From Candidatus Bathyarchaeota archaeon (GTDB lineage Archaea; Thermoproteota; Bathyarchaeia; Bathyarchaeales; Bathycorpusculaceae), in NCBI GenBank assembly GCA_963782525.1, contig CAWAKC010000011.1:32001-96000 (forward strand): a stretch of 64,000 nt of DNA, in the 5' to 3' direction. Under the pieces are notes generated by a model, which saw only the letters and a program-made list of their open reading frames with translations, searched no databases and was not told where the DNA came from. Both the position numbers and the translations under genes were made by a program. Of the stretch, positions 1 through 9,448 are shown piece after piece. How positions within the stretch are numbered: the first letter of the stretch is position 1; each line of letters begins with the position of its first letter.

Positions 1-273
1 CAAGCCGTTTCCTCGATAATCTTTATGAACCACAATTTCCCAACTAAAAAAAGTGTCCGGTCTCATCGGTGGTATGTACCCCGAAGAAAATGCAATTACT
101 TTTTTATCGTGTTCGGCGACCAGGCAAGTATCGGAGAAATCTTTAGCCAAAAGAAAGTAGGTGTATCGAGAGTTCAAGCCGACATATGGTCTATTTGCTG
201 CGAGTAGGTTGTAGACTTCTTTCATATCTGGCAGGGTTACTTTGCGAATTTTAAATTTCAAGTCGGGTTCCAT
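1..273 (-). CDS. EctA-like GNAT acetyltransferase (partial, runs off window start)
   Basis: Not in ORF track. Manual translation from ATG at 273: MEPDLKFKIRKVTLPDMKEVYNLLAANRPYVGLNSRYTYFLLAKDFSDTCLVAEHDKKVIAFSSGYIPPMRPDTFFSWEIVVHKDYRGNGL. LNS.Y.Y.L...F.DTC.VAE, SGY.PP..PDT.F.W and RGxG are EctA-type motifs. Starts 1 nt after the kamA stop. Confidence 0.8.
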   Translation of the reverse strand, partial: MEPDLKFKIRKVTLPDMKEVYNLLAANRPYVGLNSRYTYFLLAKDFSDTCLVAEHDKKVIAFSSGYIPPMRPDTFFSWEIVVHKDYRGNGL

Positions 274-274
274 T

Positions 275-1621
275 TTAGCTTTTAAGAGCGGTTTGTACGC
301 TTTTTTTTCTTCGGTCAATTCTCAGATTGCCTTTTGGCACGAGCGAAATCATTTTTTCAGCATCAGTTAGAAGTTTTTCGACGCCCACAGCGGTTTTTTT
401 GTTCTCTTCCAATTCCAGTTGCAACAAACATTTTTTGCAGTTTTTGGTGCATTCAACCGATTTGTAGTCATCCGGTTCAGTGTAGGTGGTAATTACCCCT
501 TCATAGTTTCTCAATACTGTCTTGTGCGTGGACCAAGAGATGATGTAGTTTGGCTGAATAGGAATCTTTCCTCCACCACCAGGGGCATCTACCACAAAAG
601 TCGGCACCGCAAACCCGCTTGTATGTCCCCGAAGGCTTTCTATGATTTCTATGCCTTTTCCGATAGAAGTCCTAAAGTGACTAAGTCCTTCCGAGAGGTC
701 GCATTGGAACAAATAGTATGGGCGAACTCGGTTTTGCACTAGTTTTTGGTTTAATTTCTTCATTATATTAGGACAATCGTTTACACCTGCCAGCAGGACA
801 GATTGGTTTCCTAATGGGATGCCGGCGTCTGCAAGTTTTCTGAGGGCTTCCCTTGCTGGTTGTGTTACCTCTTTTGGATGGTTAAAGTGAGTGTTAAGCC
901 AGAGTGGATGATGTTTTTTGAGCATTTGCACTAGTTTATCAGTTATCCTGTAAGGTAACACGACGGGTATTCGTGAGCCTATGCGTACAACTTCAACGTG
1001 GGGAATGCTGTTTAACTCAGTTAGAATCCAATCAAGATAGTCATCAGGCACCATAAGTGCGTCTCCGCCTGATAGTAATACGTCACGGATTTCGCTGTGA
1101 CTTTTAATGTATTGGATACCATTGATTATTTGTTGCTTTGAAGGAATATATTCTGGGTCACCGACTTTTCGCTTCCGAGTACAATGTCTACAGTACATTG
1201 CACAGCAGTTGCTAATCAAAAATAGAACCCGGTCGGGGTAGCGATGGGTAATTCCTTTGGTTGGGCTGTCCTTGTCTTCGTGTAGAGGATCTTTCATATC
1301 GTACTTTGAAATTTTTAATTCTGCTGGATTGGGGAACGCCTGCTTGAAGATGGGGTCGTTTCGGTAGTTTTCTTTTTCTATAAGAGAAGCATAGTAGGGG
1401 GTGATGCTGAGAGGAAATTTGCTCACGGTTTTCTCAAGTTCTACGTGGTCTTTTTTTGTGAACCTTATGCCTGTAAAGTTCTCGAAGTCAGCCACAGTTT
1501 TTATCGAATTGTCCAGTTGCCATCTATAGTCAGTCCACTCGCTTAAGCTAACGAAGTTTTGAAGGTTTTTCGGTAAGTCCGTTTCATAACTTATTAGGGA
1601 CGGGATTTTCTCAACAATCAT
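275..1621 (-). CDS. kamA: Lysine 2,3-aminomutase (radical SAM, PLP; KamA/AblA)
   Basis: [38 protein letters not shown] and [10 protein letters not shown] (PLP lysine) motifs. Confidence 0.93.
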   Translation of the reverse strand: MIVEKIPSLISYETDLPKNLQNFVSLSEWTDYRWQLDNSIKTVADFENFTGIRFTKKDHVELEKTVSKFPLSITPYYASLIEKENYRNDPIFKQAFPNPAELKISKYDMKDPLHEDKDSPTKGITHRYPDRVLFLISNCCAMYCRHCTRKRKVGDPEYIPSKQQIINGIQYIKSHSEIRDVLLSGGDALMVPDDYLDWILTELNSIPHVEVVRIGSRIPVVLPYRITDKLVQMLKKHHPLWLNTHFNHPKEVTQPAREALRKLADAGIPLGNQSVLLAGVNDCPNIMKKLNQKLVQNRVRPYYLFQCDLSEGLSHFRTSIGKGIEIIESLRGHTSGFAVPTFVVDAPGGGGKIPIQPNYIISWSTHKTVLRNYEGVITTYTEPDDYKSVECTKNCKKCLLQLELEENKKTAVGVEKLLTDAEKMISLVPKGNLRIDRRKKSVQTALKS

Positions 1622-1844
1622 AACTTTGTTTTCTCCTTCAAAAAGCTTCTTTGTTTACTGATTTCACGTAGGTTCGATGACTTTTATTGATTTTTGACAT
1701 TGTCGCTTCACTAAAAAGCGAAATAGGTTTGACTAAGATGGTGGTTTTTGCGCAGAGGACTTTGCAAAAGTTGTGAAGTGAACCATTTTCGTGGATTTTT
1801 ATGAGGTAGATTATTATTTTGCGATGAAGGACTATAGCATCGTT

Positions 1845-2861
1845 ATGACTCATGTTAAAGCGTTAAGTTTGCTTTCTGGGGGTTTAGACAGTATTCTTGC
1901 TACAGAACTCATCCGAAGACAAAGCATTGAAGTCATAACTTTCAACGTTAAAACCCCCTTTGGTATCCCCAAAAAAGACGGGTCAAGCGAAGCCACCCAA
2001 GCTGCAGAACAACTAAAAGTACCGCTCAAAGTCCTCTGCGTTGAACAAGATTATTTGCGAATGCTACGTAACCCAACGCATGGCTACGGCAAAAACCTAA
2101 ATCCCTGCGTGGACTGCAAAATCTTCATCCTAAAAAAAGCAAAGAAATACGCTAAAGAAATCGGCGCAGACTTCCTGTTTACTGGAGAAGTTTTAGGCGA
2201 ACGCCCAATGTCGCAGCATGGCCCAGCTTTGAAGACTATTGCTGAAGAAGCTGGCTTGAAAGGAAAACTTTTGCGCCCTCTTTCGGCCAAATTGCTGGCT
2301 GAAACGGTTGCTGAAAAGAAGGGGTTAGTTGACCGAAACAAACTGCTTAGCATCCAGGGAAGGTCTCGTAAGCCCCAGTTTGAGCTTGCCAAAGAATATG
2401 GCATTACAACTTTTCCATCTCCAGCAGGCGGATGCCTACTTACTTGCGAAGAATACTCAAAGAAGCTACGCGACCTTTTCGACAACAAAAAACGCATCTC
2501 AATGACAGATATTGCCTTATTGCGGGTGGGCAGGCACTTTAGGCTTGGAAAAAACAAGATAATCGTTGGAAGAAACGAAGCCGAAAACAAGTTTTTAACG
2601 GTCAATAAAATGCCTGGCGATTTCTTTTTTGAACTCTCTGATGTAGTTGGGCCAACAACTCTTCTTCAAGGACCCAAAACAAAGCTGGCGATTGAGACCG
2701 CTGCGAAGCTAACGGCCTCCTATTCCGACGCCAAATCAGGAGAAGTCACGTTAAAATATGGCAAGAATGTCTTCAACAAAAACGTGACAGTGCCGCTGCT
2801 CCTGAAATCTGAGGTGGACAAACTCAGAGTAGGCTATTTAACGAAGAAACCAAAAAAATAA
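1845..2861 (+). CDS. PP-loop tRNA thiolation enzyme (ThiI/MnmA-like) with C-terminal DUF814/NFACT-R-like domain
   Basis: SGGLDS PP-loop, NPCVDC, TGEVLGERPMSQ, PAGGCLLT, GRHFR and VGRN motifs. Start moved to in-frame ATG 1845. Confidence 0.75.
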   Translation: MTHVKALSLLSGGLDSILATELIRRQSIEVITFNVKTPFGIPKKDGSSEATQAAEQLKVPLKVLCVEQDYLRMLRNPTHGYGKNLNPCVDCKIFILKKAKKYAKEIGADFLFTGEVLGERPMSQHGPALKTIAEEAGLKGKLLRPLSAKLLAETVAEKKGLVDRNKLLSIQGRSRKPQFELAKEYGITTFPSPAGGCLLTCEEYSKKLRDLFDNKKRISMTDIALLRVGRHFRLGKNKIIVGRNEAENKFLTVNKMPGDFFFELSDVVGPTTLLQGPKTKLAIETAAKLTASYSDAKSGEVTLKYGKNVFNKNVTVPLLLKSEVDKLRVGYLTKKPKK

Positions 2862-2922
2862 TTTCTGCTTTTTTGCTATATAGCCATGCAAAAACTTATC
2901 CCTCAATCCACACATAATAGCT

Positions 2923-3750
2923 GTGGGGTTAAAGTTGACTATCCAAACTAACAGGACATTTGGCGGCGTCGGCGCTGTTTTCTCTGCGCTCGGCGTAGTC
3001 AGCACCGTTTCATCGGTCTTTTTGTATGGATATCCAAATTCAACACTTGTTAACTTGCCACTAGCTCTTGTTACCAGTTTTGTGGGGCTTTTTTCTTTTG
3101 TCGGATTTATCTTGTTTCTTGTTGCCATGTATGGCTTTTCAAGGGATTATAATGAACACCGCATATTCAACTATCTCCTATATGGATTTCTTGGAACCAT
3201 TGTGGCTGCAATCATAGCTGGAGTGATTGTAGTTGTCGTAATTTTATTGAACATCTCGAGTATAATTCCAAACCTTAATCACCCAACCACAACACCCTCA
3301 CAAGTTTCATCATCCATGTTAAATTTTATGTCGCCCTTCTTGGCGGTTTTCTCTTTTGTCGGTGTAATTTGGATTGTTTTCAATGTTCTGGCATTTAGGT
3401 TGCTGGGGAAAAAAGCTGCCGTACCCCTGTTTGGTACTGCTGCATCAATTCTGCTTGCGGGCGCCATAGTTAATGTTGCGGTGGGCATAGTGTTTGCTGT
3501 GCTGTTGTATTGGGGGCCGATTGGTTACAACACTTTCTTGTTGGCAGCAGTTCCGGGTGGACTAGTGCAAAATGCTGCATGGGTTTTGTTGGCTATCGCT
3601 TTCTTTAGGATAAAAGTGCCACCTGAACAAACGATTGCTATTTCCAGCGTTCCTCCATTGGCATTTCAAATGAAATACTGCCCAAACTGCGGAACACCAA
3701 ACCAACCAGACGCCGCTTTCTGCACTCGATGCGGACAAAAACTCAGCTAA
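2923..3750 (+). CDS. DUF996-type membrane protein with C-terminal zinc ribbon
   Basis: Multiple TM segments and terminal YCPNCG...FCTRCG. Confidence 0.7.
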   Translation: MGLKLTIQTNRTFGGVGAVFSALGVVSTVSSVFLYGYPNSTLVNLPLALVTSFVGLFSFVGFILFLVAMYGFSRDYNEHRIFNYLLYGFLGTIVAAIIAGVIVVVVILLNISSIIPNLNHPTTTPSQVSSSMLNFMSPFLAVFSFVGVIWIVFNVLAFRLLGKKAAVPLFGTAASILLAGAIVNVAVGIVFAVLLYWGPIGYNTFLLAAVPGGLVQNAAWVLLAIAFFRIKVPPEQTIAISSVPPLAFQMKYCPNCGTPNQPDAAFCTRCGQKLS

Positions 3751-4457
3751 TCTTTTTTCATTGCCTCAGCTTTGAGCTCTCTTGGCATCAACTCAATAGC
3801 ATACCGCAACGCAGTTCTTGGCATAACCTTGCGGTTCTTAAATACATAATCAAAGACTGCGTTTTGGTGTTTTCGGCTTTCCTCTTTAAGCAGCCACCCA
3901 TAACCCTTCTGCACCATATCATCCCCATCCGTTAAGAGCACGTTGCATATCTCAAAGGTATCCTGCAGAAAAAGACCCTTCTTTGCAGGGACAATGAGTG
4001 ATACAGCTGAAGCCCGCTTGAGCCAGCGGTTTTCGCTTTTAGCCCAGCTCTTCACTTCTCCCAAGACCTCAGGATATTTCTGGATTAAGTCCCCGATGGT
4101 ATGATTGCAGAATCCGTCACATTTTGCCCAGTTGTTAATGTAGCTTTCAATCCACTGCTTGAAAGTAGCCAAATCACTCGGCTCCAAGTTATCTATGTAG
4201 TTGGGCAGCCAAAAAGCAACAATGAATGCTTCTTCAGTGTAGTCGGAGCGGTAGAGTTCCTCGCATAAATTAAAAATCGCTTGTTTATCCAAAGTTTTTA
4301 CTTTTGGCCAATATTTCTTGGCGATTTTGCCAACTGTCTCGGTTTTGACACCATAATATTTTACTTGTTCTTTGAAAAATCGTTGAAAACTCTTCTGTGT
4401 TTTGGCGTCTGTGGTGGCTTTTAGGTCGGCTCTGATTTGTGCTAGGATATTGGGCAT
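3747..4457 (-). CDS. DNA alkylation repair protein (AlkD-like)
   Basis: YGVKT, NNWAKCD, W.KR.S.V, DMVQKGYGWLLKE and MPRTALRYAIE motifs. Start moved to ATG 4457. Confidence 0.85.
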   Translation of the reverse strand: MPNILAQIRADLKATTDAKTQKSFQRFFKEQVKYYGVKTETVGKIAKKYWPKVKTLDKQAIFNLCEELYRSDYTEEAFIVAFWLPNYIDNLEPSDLATFKQWIESYINNWAKCDGFCNHTIGDLIQKYPEVLGEVKSWAKSENRWLKRASAVSLIVPAKKGLFLQDTFEICNVLLTDGDDMVQKGYGWLLKEESRKHQNAVFDYVFKNRKVMPRTALRYAIELMPRELKAEAMKKD

Positions 4458-4537
4458 GACTGAAAGAAACAGAGTTTGATAATAATAGCTTTTCCAAAAA
4501 TACACAAAAATTAAAACAAAATTGGGGAAGATGGAGT

Positions 4538-4825
4538 TTAGTAGTCTTCCATCTGGTAGAGACCCAAATCAATATTCAAAGCTTTTTCGGGTCCACAGGT
4601 GTCTTCGAGGTCGTAGAGGTGACTTGTTGCTTTTTCTAAACGAGTTTTTTTAACGGTCACTTTAGCTTTAACCATCCTGACTTTCATTTTTTCCTTTGGT
4701 TTAGGCAATATGGCTGATGCGCCAAGGACCAGGGTGTTATCGATGATTTTTGGAGTGACCTCAATTTTGGGGTCTTCAAGTGATAGTCCAAGTTTTAGGT
4801 GGTCCTCATGCAGATGTTTAGTCAA
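4538..4825 (-). CDS. 95-aa protein, putative internally deleted FtsZ derivative
   Basis: TTG start overlaps the upstream RHH stop (TTGACTAA). Middle and C-terminus resemble the last strands and tail of archaeal FtsZ (recalled, not searched). No GGGTG(T/S)G tubulin motif. Confidence 0.55.
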   Translation of the reverse strand: MTKHLHEDHLKLGLSLEDPKIEVTPKIIDNTLVLGASAILPKPKEKMKVRMVKAKVTVKKTRLEKATSHLYDLEDTCGPEKALNIDLGLYQMEDY

Positions 4826-4973
4826 CGCCTTTACGCCTCCAAACTTCAGCACTGATTAGGTCTCGGATTGCGACTCGGATGGCTTCGGCACGGTTTGGAT
4901 AGAACCGTTCGTCAACCAGCTGGTCCAAAGCTTTTATATACGTTTCAGGCAGATACAGAGTGATTAGTTTCAT
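4818..4973 (-). CDS. CdrS-like ribbon-helix-helix (CopG-family) regulator
   Basis: Not in ORF track. 51 aa: MKLITLYLPETYIKALDQLVDERFYPNRAEAIRVAIRDLISAEVWRRKGVD, with the RHH beta-strand and YPNRxEAIRxAIRDL motif. Confidence 0.88.
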   Translation of the reverse strand: MKLITLYLPETYIKALDQLVDERFYPNRAEAIRVAIRDLISAEVWRRKGVD

Positions 4974-5015
4974 TAGGATTTCTCTCCCTGTGTAGGTTGA
5001 GTAATTAACTAAAAC

Positions 5016-5033
5016 GTATATTCTTGGTTATAC
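5016..5033. promoter_or_regulatory. Inverted repeat GTATA-N8-TATAC upstream of the RHH gene, candidate operator
   Basis: GTATA 5016-5020 and TATAC 5029-5033, about 45 nt upstream of the RHH start. Confidence 0.35.
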
Positions 5034-5184
5034 TTCTATATATTATGTGGCAAATATGCTTATAACATGTTCATCCAACACTATATAAACCTTGGAACAT
5101 GAAGGCTATAGTTATCTGTCAATTAAGGCACACCAAGGATCACGTTTTTATTCCTTGTTGAAGCAACTAACGAACGAACAAACC

Positions 5185-6471
5185 ATGGACAAGCGGGTTT
5201 TCATCAAAAACTTCGGCTGCTCCTCCAACACAGCAGACGGCGAAGTATTAGCAGGATGCCTAGCGCAAGCAGGATACAAAATAGTCCTATCAGAAACAGA
5301 CGCAGACCTGCTAATCTATAACACCTGTGCAGTCAAAGGACCCACAGAAAACCGCATAATCAACGAAATAAAAAATGCACCAAAAAATAAAAAAATTGTA
5401 ATCACAGGTTGTTTACCCAAGATAAGTTTTGAACGGATGATGCGCGAAGTTCATTTTGACGGTGCTGTTGGTCCGGCAGTTGGGGAAGAAATAGTTGACG
5501 TTGTCTCGCGGGTTTTTGAAGGTGAGGCAGTGGTGAATGTTGGAGCTTTAGAAAAGCCGCTTTTGGGTCTTCCAAGACAAACGTCCAACCCAATCGTAAG
5601 CATTGTTCCAATTAACTTTGGTTGCTTGGGCAGTTGCTCCTATTGTTGCGTGGTACATGCGCGTGGTCACCTTCAAAGCTACAGCATCGAAGAAATCACA
5701 AAACGCATAAAGAAAGATTATTCCGCTGGCGCCAAAGAGTTCTGGGTAACATCTCAGGACACCGCCAGCTACGGAAGAGAATTACACACTGACCTCGCAG
5801 AATTGCTTTTCACAATTGATGCTTTGGAGGGCGATTTTAGGGTTAGAGTGGGCATGATGACGCCAAACTTAGTTACCGACATGCAAAGCAGGCTAATTTG
5901 GGCTTTTGAGGATAAGAAAATCTTCAAGTTCCTCCATCTACCCGTGCAGACCGGAGACGATACTATACTACAGTACATGCGGAGATTCTACACTGCATCT
6001 GAGTTCAGGGGCATCGTTGAGTCATTCAGGGCTAATTACCGAGACTTAACGCTTGCTACCGATGTGATTGTTGGTTTTCCAGGCGAAACAGAAAAGGCTT
6101 TCCAGAATACCTTGAGGCTTTTGGAGGAGGTTAAGCCTGATGTGGTTAATGTTTCAAAGTTCTTTGCCAGACCTAAGACTCCTGCTTGGAATATGAAGGA
6201 TGGCTTGATAGAGAAGGGGGAGATTAAACGTAGAAGCACCGTTGCATCGGAGTTGGCGAAGCGGCTTTCAGCCGAGCGGAATCGGCGTTGGGTTGACTGG
6301 AGTGGAGAAGTGCTCATCGACGAGATAGGTAAGGTTGAGGGTTCATGGGTTGGACGCAACTTCGCCTACAAACCAATCGTACTAAAAAGCAAGGATAATC
6401 TGTTGGGTAGAACCTTGAAAGTTAAAGTCGTTGAGGCTTTGGGAACTTACCTAAAAGGCGAAATACAATAA
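5185..6471 (+). CDS. mtaB: tRNA methylthiotransferase (MtaB/CDKAL1-type; UPF0004, radical SAM and TRAM domains)
   Basis: FGCSSN, NTCAVK, GCL, GCLGSCSYC, HLPVQTG and IVGFPGET motifs. Start moved to ATG 5185. Confidence 0.85.
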   Translation: MDKRVFIKNFGCSSNTADGEVLAGCLAQAGYKIVLSETDADLLIYNTCAVKGPTENRIINEIKNAPKNKKIVITGCLPKISFERMMREVHFDGAVGPAVGEEIVDVVSRVFEGEAVVNVGALEKPLLGLPRQTSNPIVSIVPINFGCLGSCSYCCVVHARGHLQSYSIEEITKRIKKDYSAGAKEFWVTSQDTASYGRELHTDLAELLFTIDALEGDFRVRVGMMTPNLVTDMQSRLIWAFEDKKIFKFLHLPVQTGDDTILQYMRRFYTASEFRGIVESFRANYRDLTLATDVIVGFPGETEKAFQNTLRLLEEVKPDVVNVSKFFARPKTPAWNMKDGLIEKGEIKRRSTVASELAKRLSAERNRRWVDWSGEVLIDEIGKVEGSWVGRNFAYKPIVLKSKDNLLGRTLKVKVVEALGTYLKGEIQ

Positions 6472-6635
6472 GCATACTTGTAATTTTTTTCCATACCCTT
6501 CTGTAAAGGCAAGAGAAAACACCTCTCTCTCAAAGACACTCCTCCTCTCTATTAATAGACTGAATTTATTTGCAAATTGTCACCCATGTGAACGCTTATA
6601 TAATTTCGGCTCTGTATTTTGTTCGAGCTGAGATA

Positions 6636-8060
6636 GTGACATCCACGCAGTCAAAAATTTGTTTTTTTAACACTTTTACACGCCGAAAAGAAGCTTTTAA
6701 GCCGTTGCAAGACAGCGAAGTGAAAATGTACACTTGTGGTCCCACGGTTTATGATTTTGCGCATATTGGCAATTTTCGGGCTTTTTTGTTTGAGGATTTG
6801 TTGAAGCGTTGGCTGGTTCAGCGGGGCTTTAAAGTTACACATGTGATGAATATAACCGACATAGATGATAAGACCATTAAGGGCAGCCAAAATCAAGGTG
6901 TGCCCCTTCAGCAGTTTACGGATTTCTACGTGAAAGCCTTCTTTGAAGATATTAAAGCATTAAACATTGAACCCGCCAATGTTTACCCCAAAGCAACCGA
7001 CCACATCCCCGAAATGGTCGCCATAATCAAAACGCTGATTGCAAAAGGCATCGCTTACAAAGGCGAAGACGGCTCAATCTACTTCTCTGTCTGCAAGTTC
7101 CCAGACTATGGCAAAATGTCCCGAATCAAAGTTGACGAATTGAAGGCTGGGGCAAGAGTAAGCCAAGACGAATACGCCAAAGAAGAAGCGCAGGATTTTG
7201 CACTTTGGAAGGCGTGGAATCCTGAAGACGGTGACGTATTCTGGGAAACTGAATTGGGCAAGGGTAGGCCAGGTTGGCACATCGAATGCAGCGCCATGTC
7301 CATGAAATACTTAGGCGAAACTTTCGACATCCACTGCGGCGGAGTCGACAACATGTTCCCCCACCACGAAAACGAAACCGCCCAATCAGAAGCAGCCACG
7401 GGCAAAAAATTCGTTGATTACTGGATGCACAACGAGCACTTGCAGGTGGAAGGCAAAAAAATGTCCAAGCGATTCGGCAACTTCTACACCCTACGTGACC
7501 TCTTAGCCAAAGGCTATGACCCAATTGCCATCCGTTACCTGCTAATGTCTACGCATTACCGCCAGCAATTCAACTTTACTTTTGAAGGCTTAGACGCTGC
7601 TAAGGGTGCAGTTGATAGACTGAGGAATTTTGTTAGACGATTACATGATACTGATGGCAAGGAAAGCGGCGGAAAAGTCGCCAACTTTATCGCTAAAGCT
7701 GAGATTTGCTTTGGCGGTTCAATGGATGATGACTTAAACATCAGCATAGCGTTAGCATCGCTTTTTGATTTTGTGCGTGAGATCAATAATTTACTCGATG
7801 CCAACATGGTAAGCAAAACCGAAGCCGCTGACATTGGCGGGTTAATGATGAAGTTCGACGCAGTTTTAGGCGTAATCGGCAAGGTGGAAGTTGAAGAAGC
7901 GTTATCTGCAGACATCGATGCATTGGTGCAGAAGCGTGAGGCAGCCCGCAAGACCAAAAACTGGACAGAATCTGATGCCATACGAGCCCAGCTGAAAGCG
8001 ATGGGCATCGTGCTTGAGGATACAGCGCAAGGCGTACGGTGGCATAAAGAGAAAGTTTAG
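6636..8060 (+). CDS. cysS: Cysteine--tRNA ligase
   Basis: YTCGPTVYD.AHIGN, DFALWK, GRPGWHIECS, FPHHENE and KMSK motifs. Confidence 0.96.
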   Translation: MTSTQSKICFFNTFTRRKEAFKPLQDSEVKMYTCGPTVYDFAHIGNFRAFLFEDLLKRWLVQRGFKVTHVMNITDIDDKTIKGSQNQGVPLQQFTDFYVKAFFEDIKALNIEPANVYPKATDHIPEMVAIIKTLIAKGIAYKGEDGSIYFSVCKFPDYGKMSRIKVDELKAGARVSQDEYAKEEAQDFALWKAWNPEDGDVFWETELGKGRPGWHIECSAMSMKYLGETFDIHCGGVDNMFPHHENETAQSEAATGKKFVDYWMHNEHLQVEGKKMSKRFGNFYTLRDLLAKGYDPIAIRYLLMSTHYRQQFNFTFEGLDAAKGAVDRLRNFVRRLHDTDGKESGGKVANFIAKAEICFGGSMDDDLNISIALASLFDFVREINNLLDANMVSKTEAADIGGLMMKFDAVLGVIGKVEVEEALSADIDALVQKREAARKTKNWTESDAIRAQLKAMGIVLEDTAQGVRWHKEKV

Positions 8061-8839
8061 GTTTTGCCGCCTAAATTCCATTCTTTTGTAGAATACTTTT
8101 CTTTATAGAGCTTCTTTGCAGTTTCCAATTCTAAAGGGGTTAATTCGCCCTCTTCGAGCTGAATTTTTAAAATTGCCTTAAAGCCCTGTGCTAACGCGTT
8201 GGCAACTGTCTCTGGGCTGGTTTTGTGACCTAGTTCATCTTGTATGCTGGTGATTTTGCGTTTGGCGATGTCTGCTGCTTGGGTGCAGCTGGCATCTTTG
8301 AATTTCAGGAGCGTGAACATTTTGGACAAATCTACATTTCTTAGCAAAGTGCCATGTTGCAACACTACGCCGCGGGTAATGGTTTGGCTGCTTCCTGAGA
8401 TTTTTTTGCCGTTAACTGTTAAGTTTGGGCAATTCTTTGCATCCCCGCTGCTAAAATCGGCTGTTACCCCCAGAAGCCGGAGTGCGTCGGTTATTGCATG
8501 GTAAATTTTGAAATAGATTTCCGTTATGTCGGTGGTGCCCATGGTTGCTGTTTCGGCGATTACGCTGTAGGTGACTTCGCCTTCATAGTCATGGTAGACT
8601 GTTCCGCCGCCGCTGGTGCGCCTAACCACATCAACGTCCTGCTGTTTGCAGGTGTCAAGGTAAATTTCGTTTTCTGGATTCTGGTTTTTGCCGATGCTGA
8701 CTGTGGATGGTAGCCAACGGTAAAACCGCAGTGTGTTCGGAACCTGTCCAGCGATTCGTGCGTTTAGGATGGCTTCATCGATTGCCATGTTCATGAAAGC
8801 ATTGTTAGTCTGTAGAGGAAGTAAACGCCAAATATCCAT
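8057..8839 (-). CDS. Lipoate-protein ligase A / LipM family
   Basis: NMAIDEA, TLRFY.W, RRTSGGGTVYHD, KKISGSSQ and LQHGT motifs. Confidence 0.9.
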   Translation of the reverse strand: MDIWRLLPLQTNNAFMNMAIDEAILNARIAGQVPNTLRFYRWLPSTVSIGKNQNPENEIYLDTCKQQDVDVVRRTSGGGTVYHDYEGEVTYSVIAETATMGTTDITEIYFKIYHAITDALRLLGVTADFSSGDAKNCPNLTVNGKKISGSSQTITRGVVLQHGTLLRNVDLSKMFTLLKFKDASCTQAADIAKRKITSIQDELGHKTSPETVANALAQGFKAILKIQLEEGELTPLELETAKKLYKEKYSTKEWNLGGKT

Positions 8840-8959
8840 TACACTTCAATCCTTCCGAATGAAAATTAAGTTGTGCTTAAAACTGTTACGCATTGGACTT
8901 GGTTAATGAAATTCTTTTTTGGATATGTTCTTATGCTAAGCAATAAAATAAGGTAAGAT

Positions 8960-9169
8960 GTGGTCGTCATGGTTGCTCGTAAATCTACCGTTCTTCTTGA
9001 ACCTGCAGAGGAAGGTGGTTTCATCGTTAAATCTGTGGAACTGCCAGTTGCAACACAAGGGGAAACCAAAGAGGAAGCTCTAAGCAATATTAAAGAAGCA
9101 ATTGAAGGCTATTTGGAAGTTAAAGCAAAACTTCTTAACAAAAACCTAAGGGCGAAAAGGCTGAAGTGA
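8960..9169 (+). CDS. hicB: HicB-family antitoxin (possibly frameshifted near C-terminus)
   Basis: EEGGF, TQGETKEEAL.NIKEAI..YLE. Confidence 0.85.
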   Translation: MVVMVARKSTVLLEPAEEGGFIVKSVELPVATQGETKEEALSNIKEAIEGYLEVKAKLLNKNLRAKRLK

Positions 9170-9388
9170 TTGTCGAAGCTCCCTCTGCTCTCATGGCGTG
9201 AAATAGTTAAGGCGCTAACAAAAGCAGGCTTTCTAATTGAGCGCCAAAGAGGCAGCCATTTAATTCTTGTTAAGAACGAGCGTATAATTCCTGTTCCTGA
9301 GCATGAACAAATAAAGAAAGGGTTGCCTATGGCGATAATAGAAGAGGCTGGGTTAACAAAGAAAGAATTTCAACGGCTTCTTAAATAG
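9170..9388 (+). CDS. hicA: HicA-family toxin
   Basis: GF...RQRGSH, VP.H..I..G....I...AGL. Confidence 0.87.
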   Translation: MSKLPLLSWREIVKALTKAGFLIERQRGSHLILVKNERIIPVPEHEQIKKGLPMAIIEEAGLTKKEFQRLLK

Positions 9389-9448
9389 AATTTAAGACAA
9401 GCCTTAAAACCTAATCCTGCATTTCTAAGTTGGCAAAGAGGCATTTAC

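Noticed and set aside
1638-1700. 20-aa Lys-containing ORF ([20 protein letters not shown]) upstream of kamA as a leader peptide or lysine riboswitch
   Set aside because: Lys content is expected in AT-rich DNA, and no attenuator hairpins or riboswitch consensus are visible.
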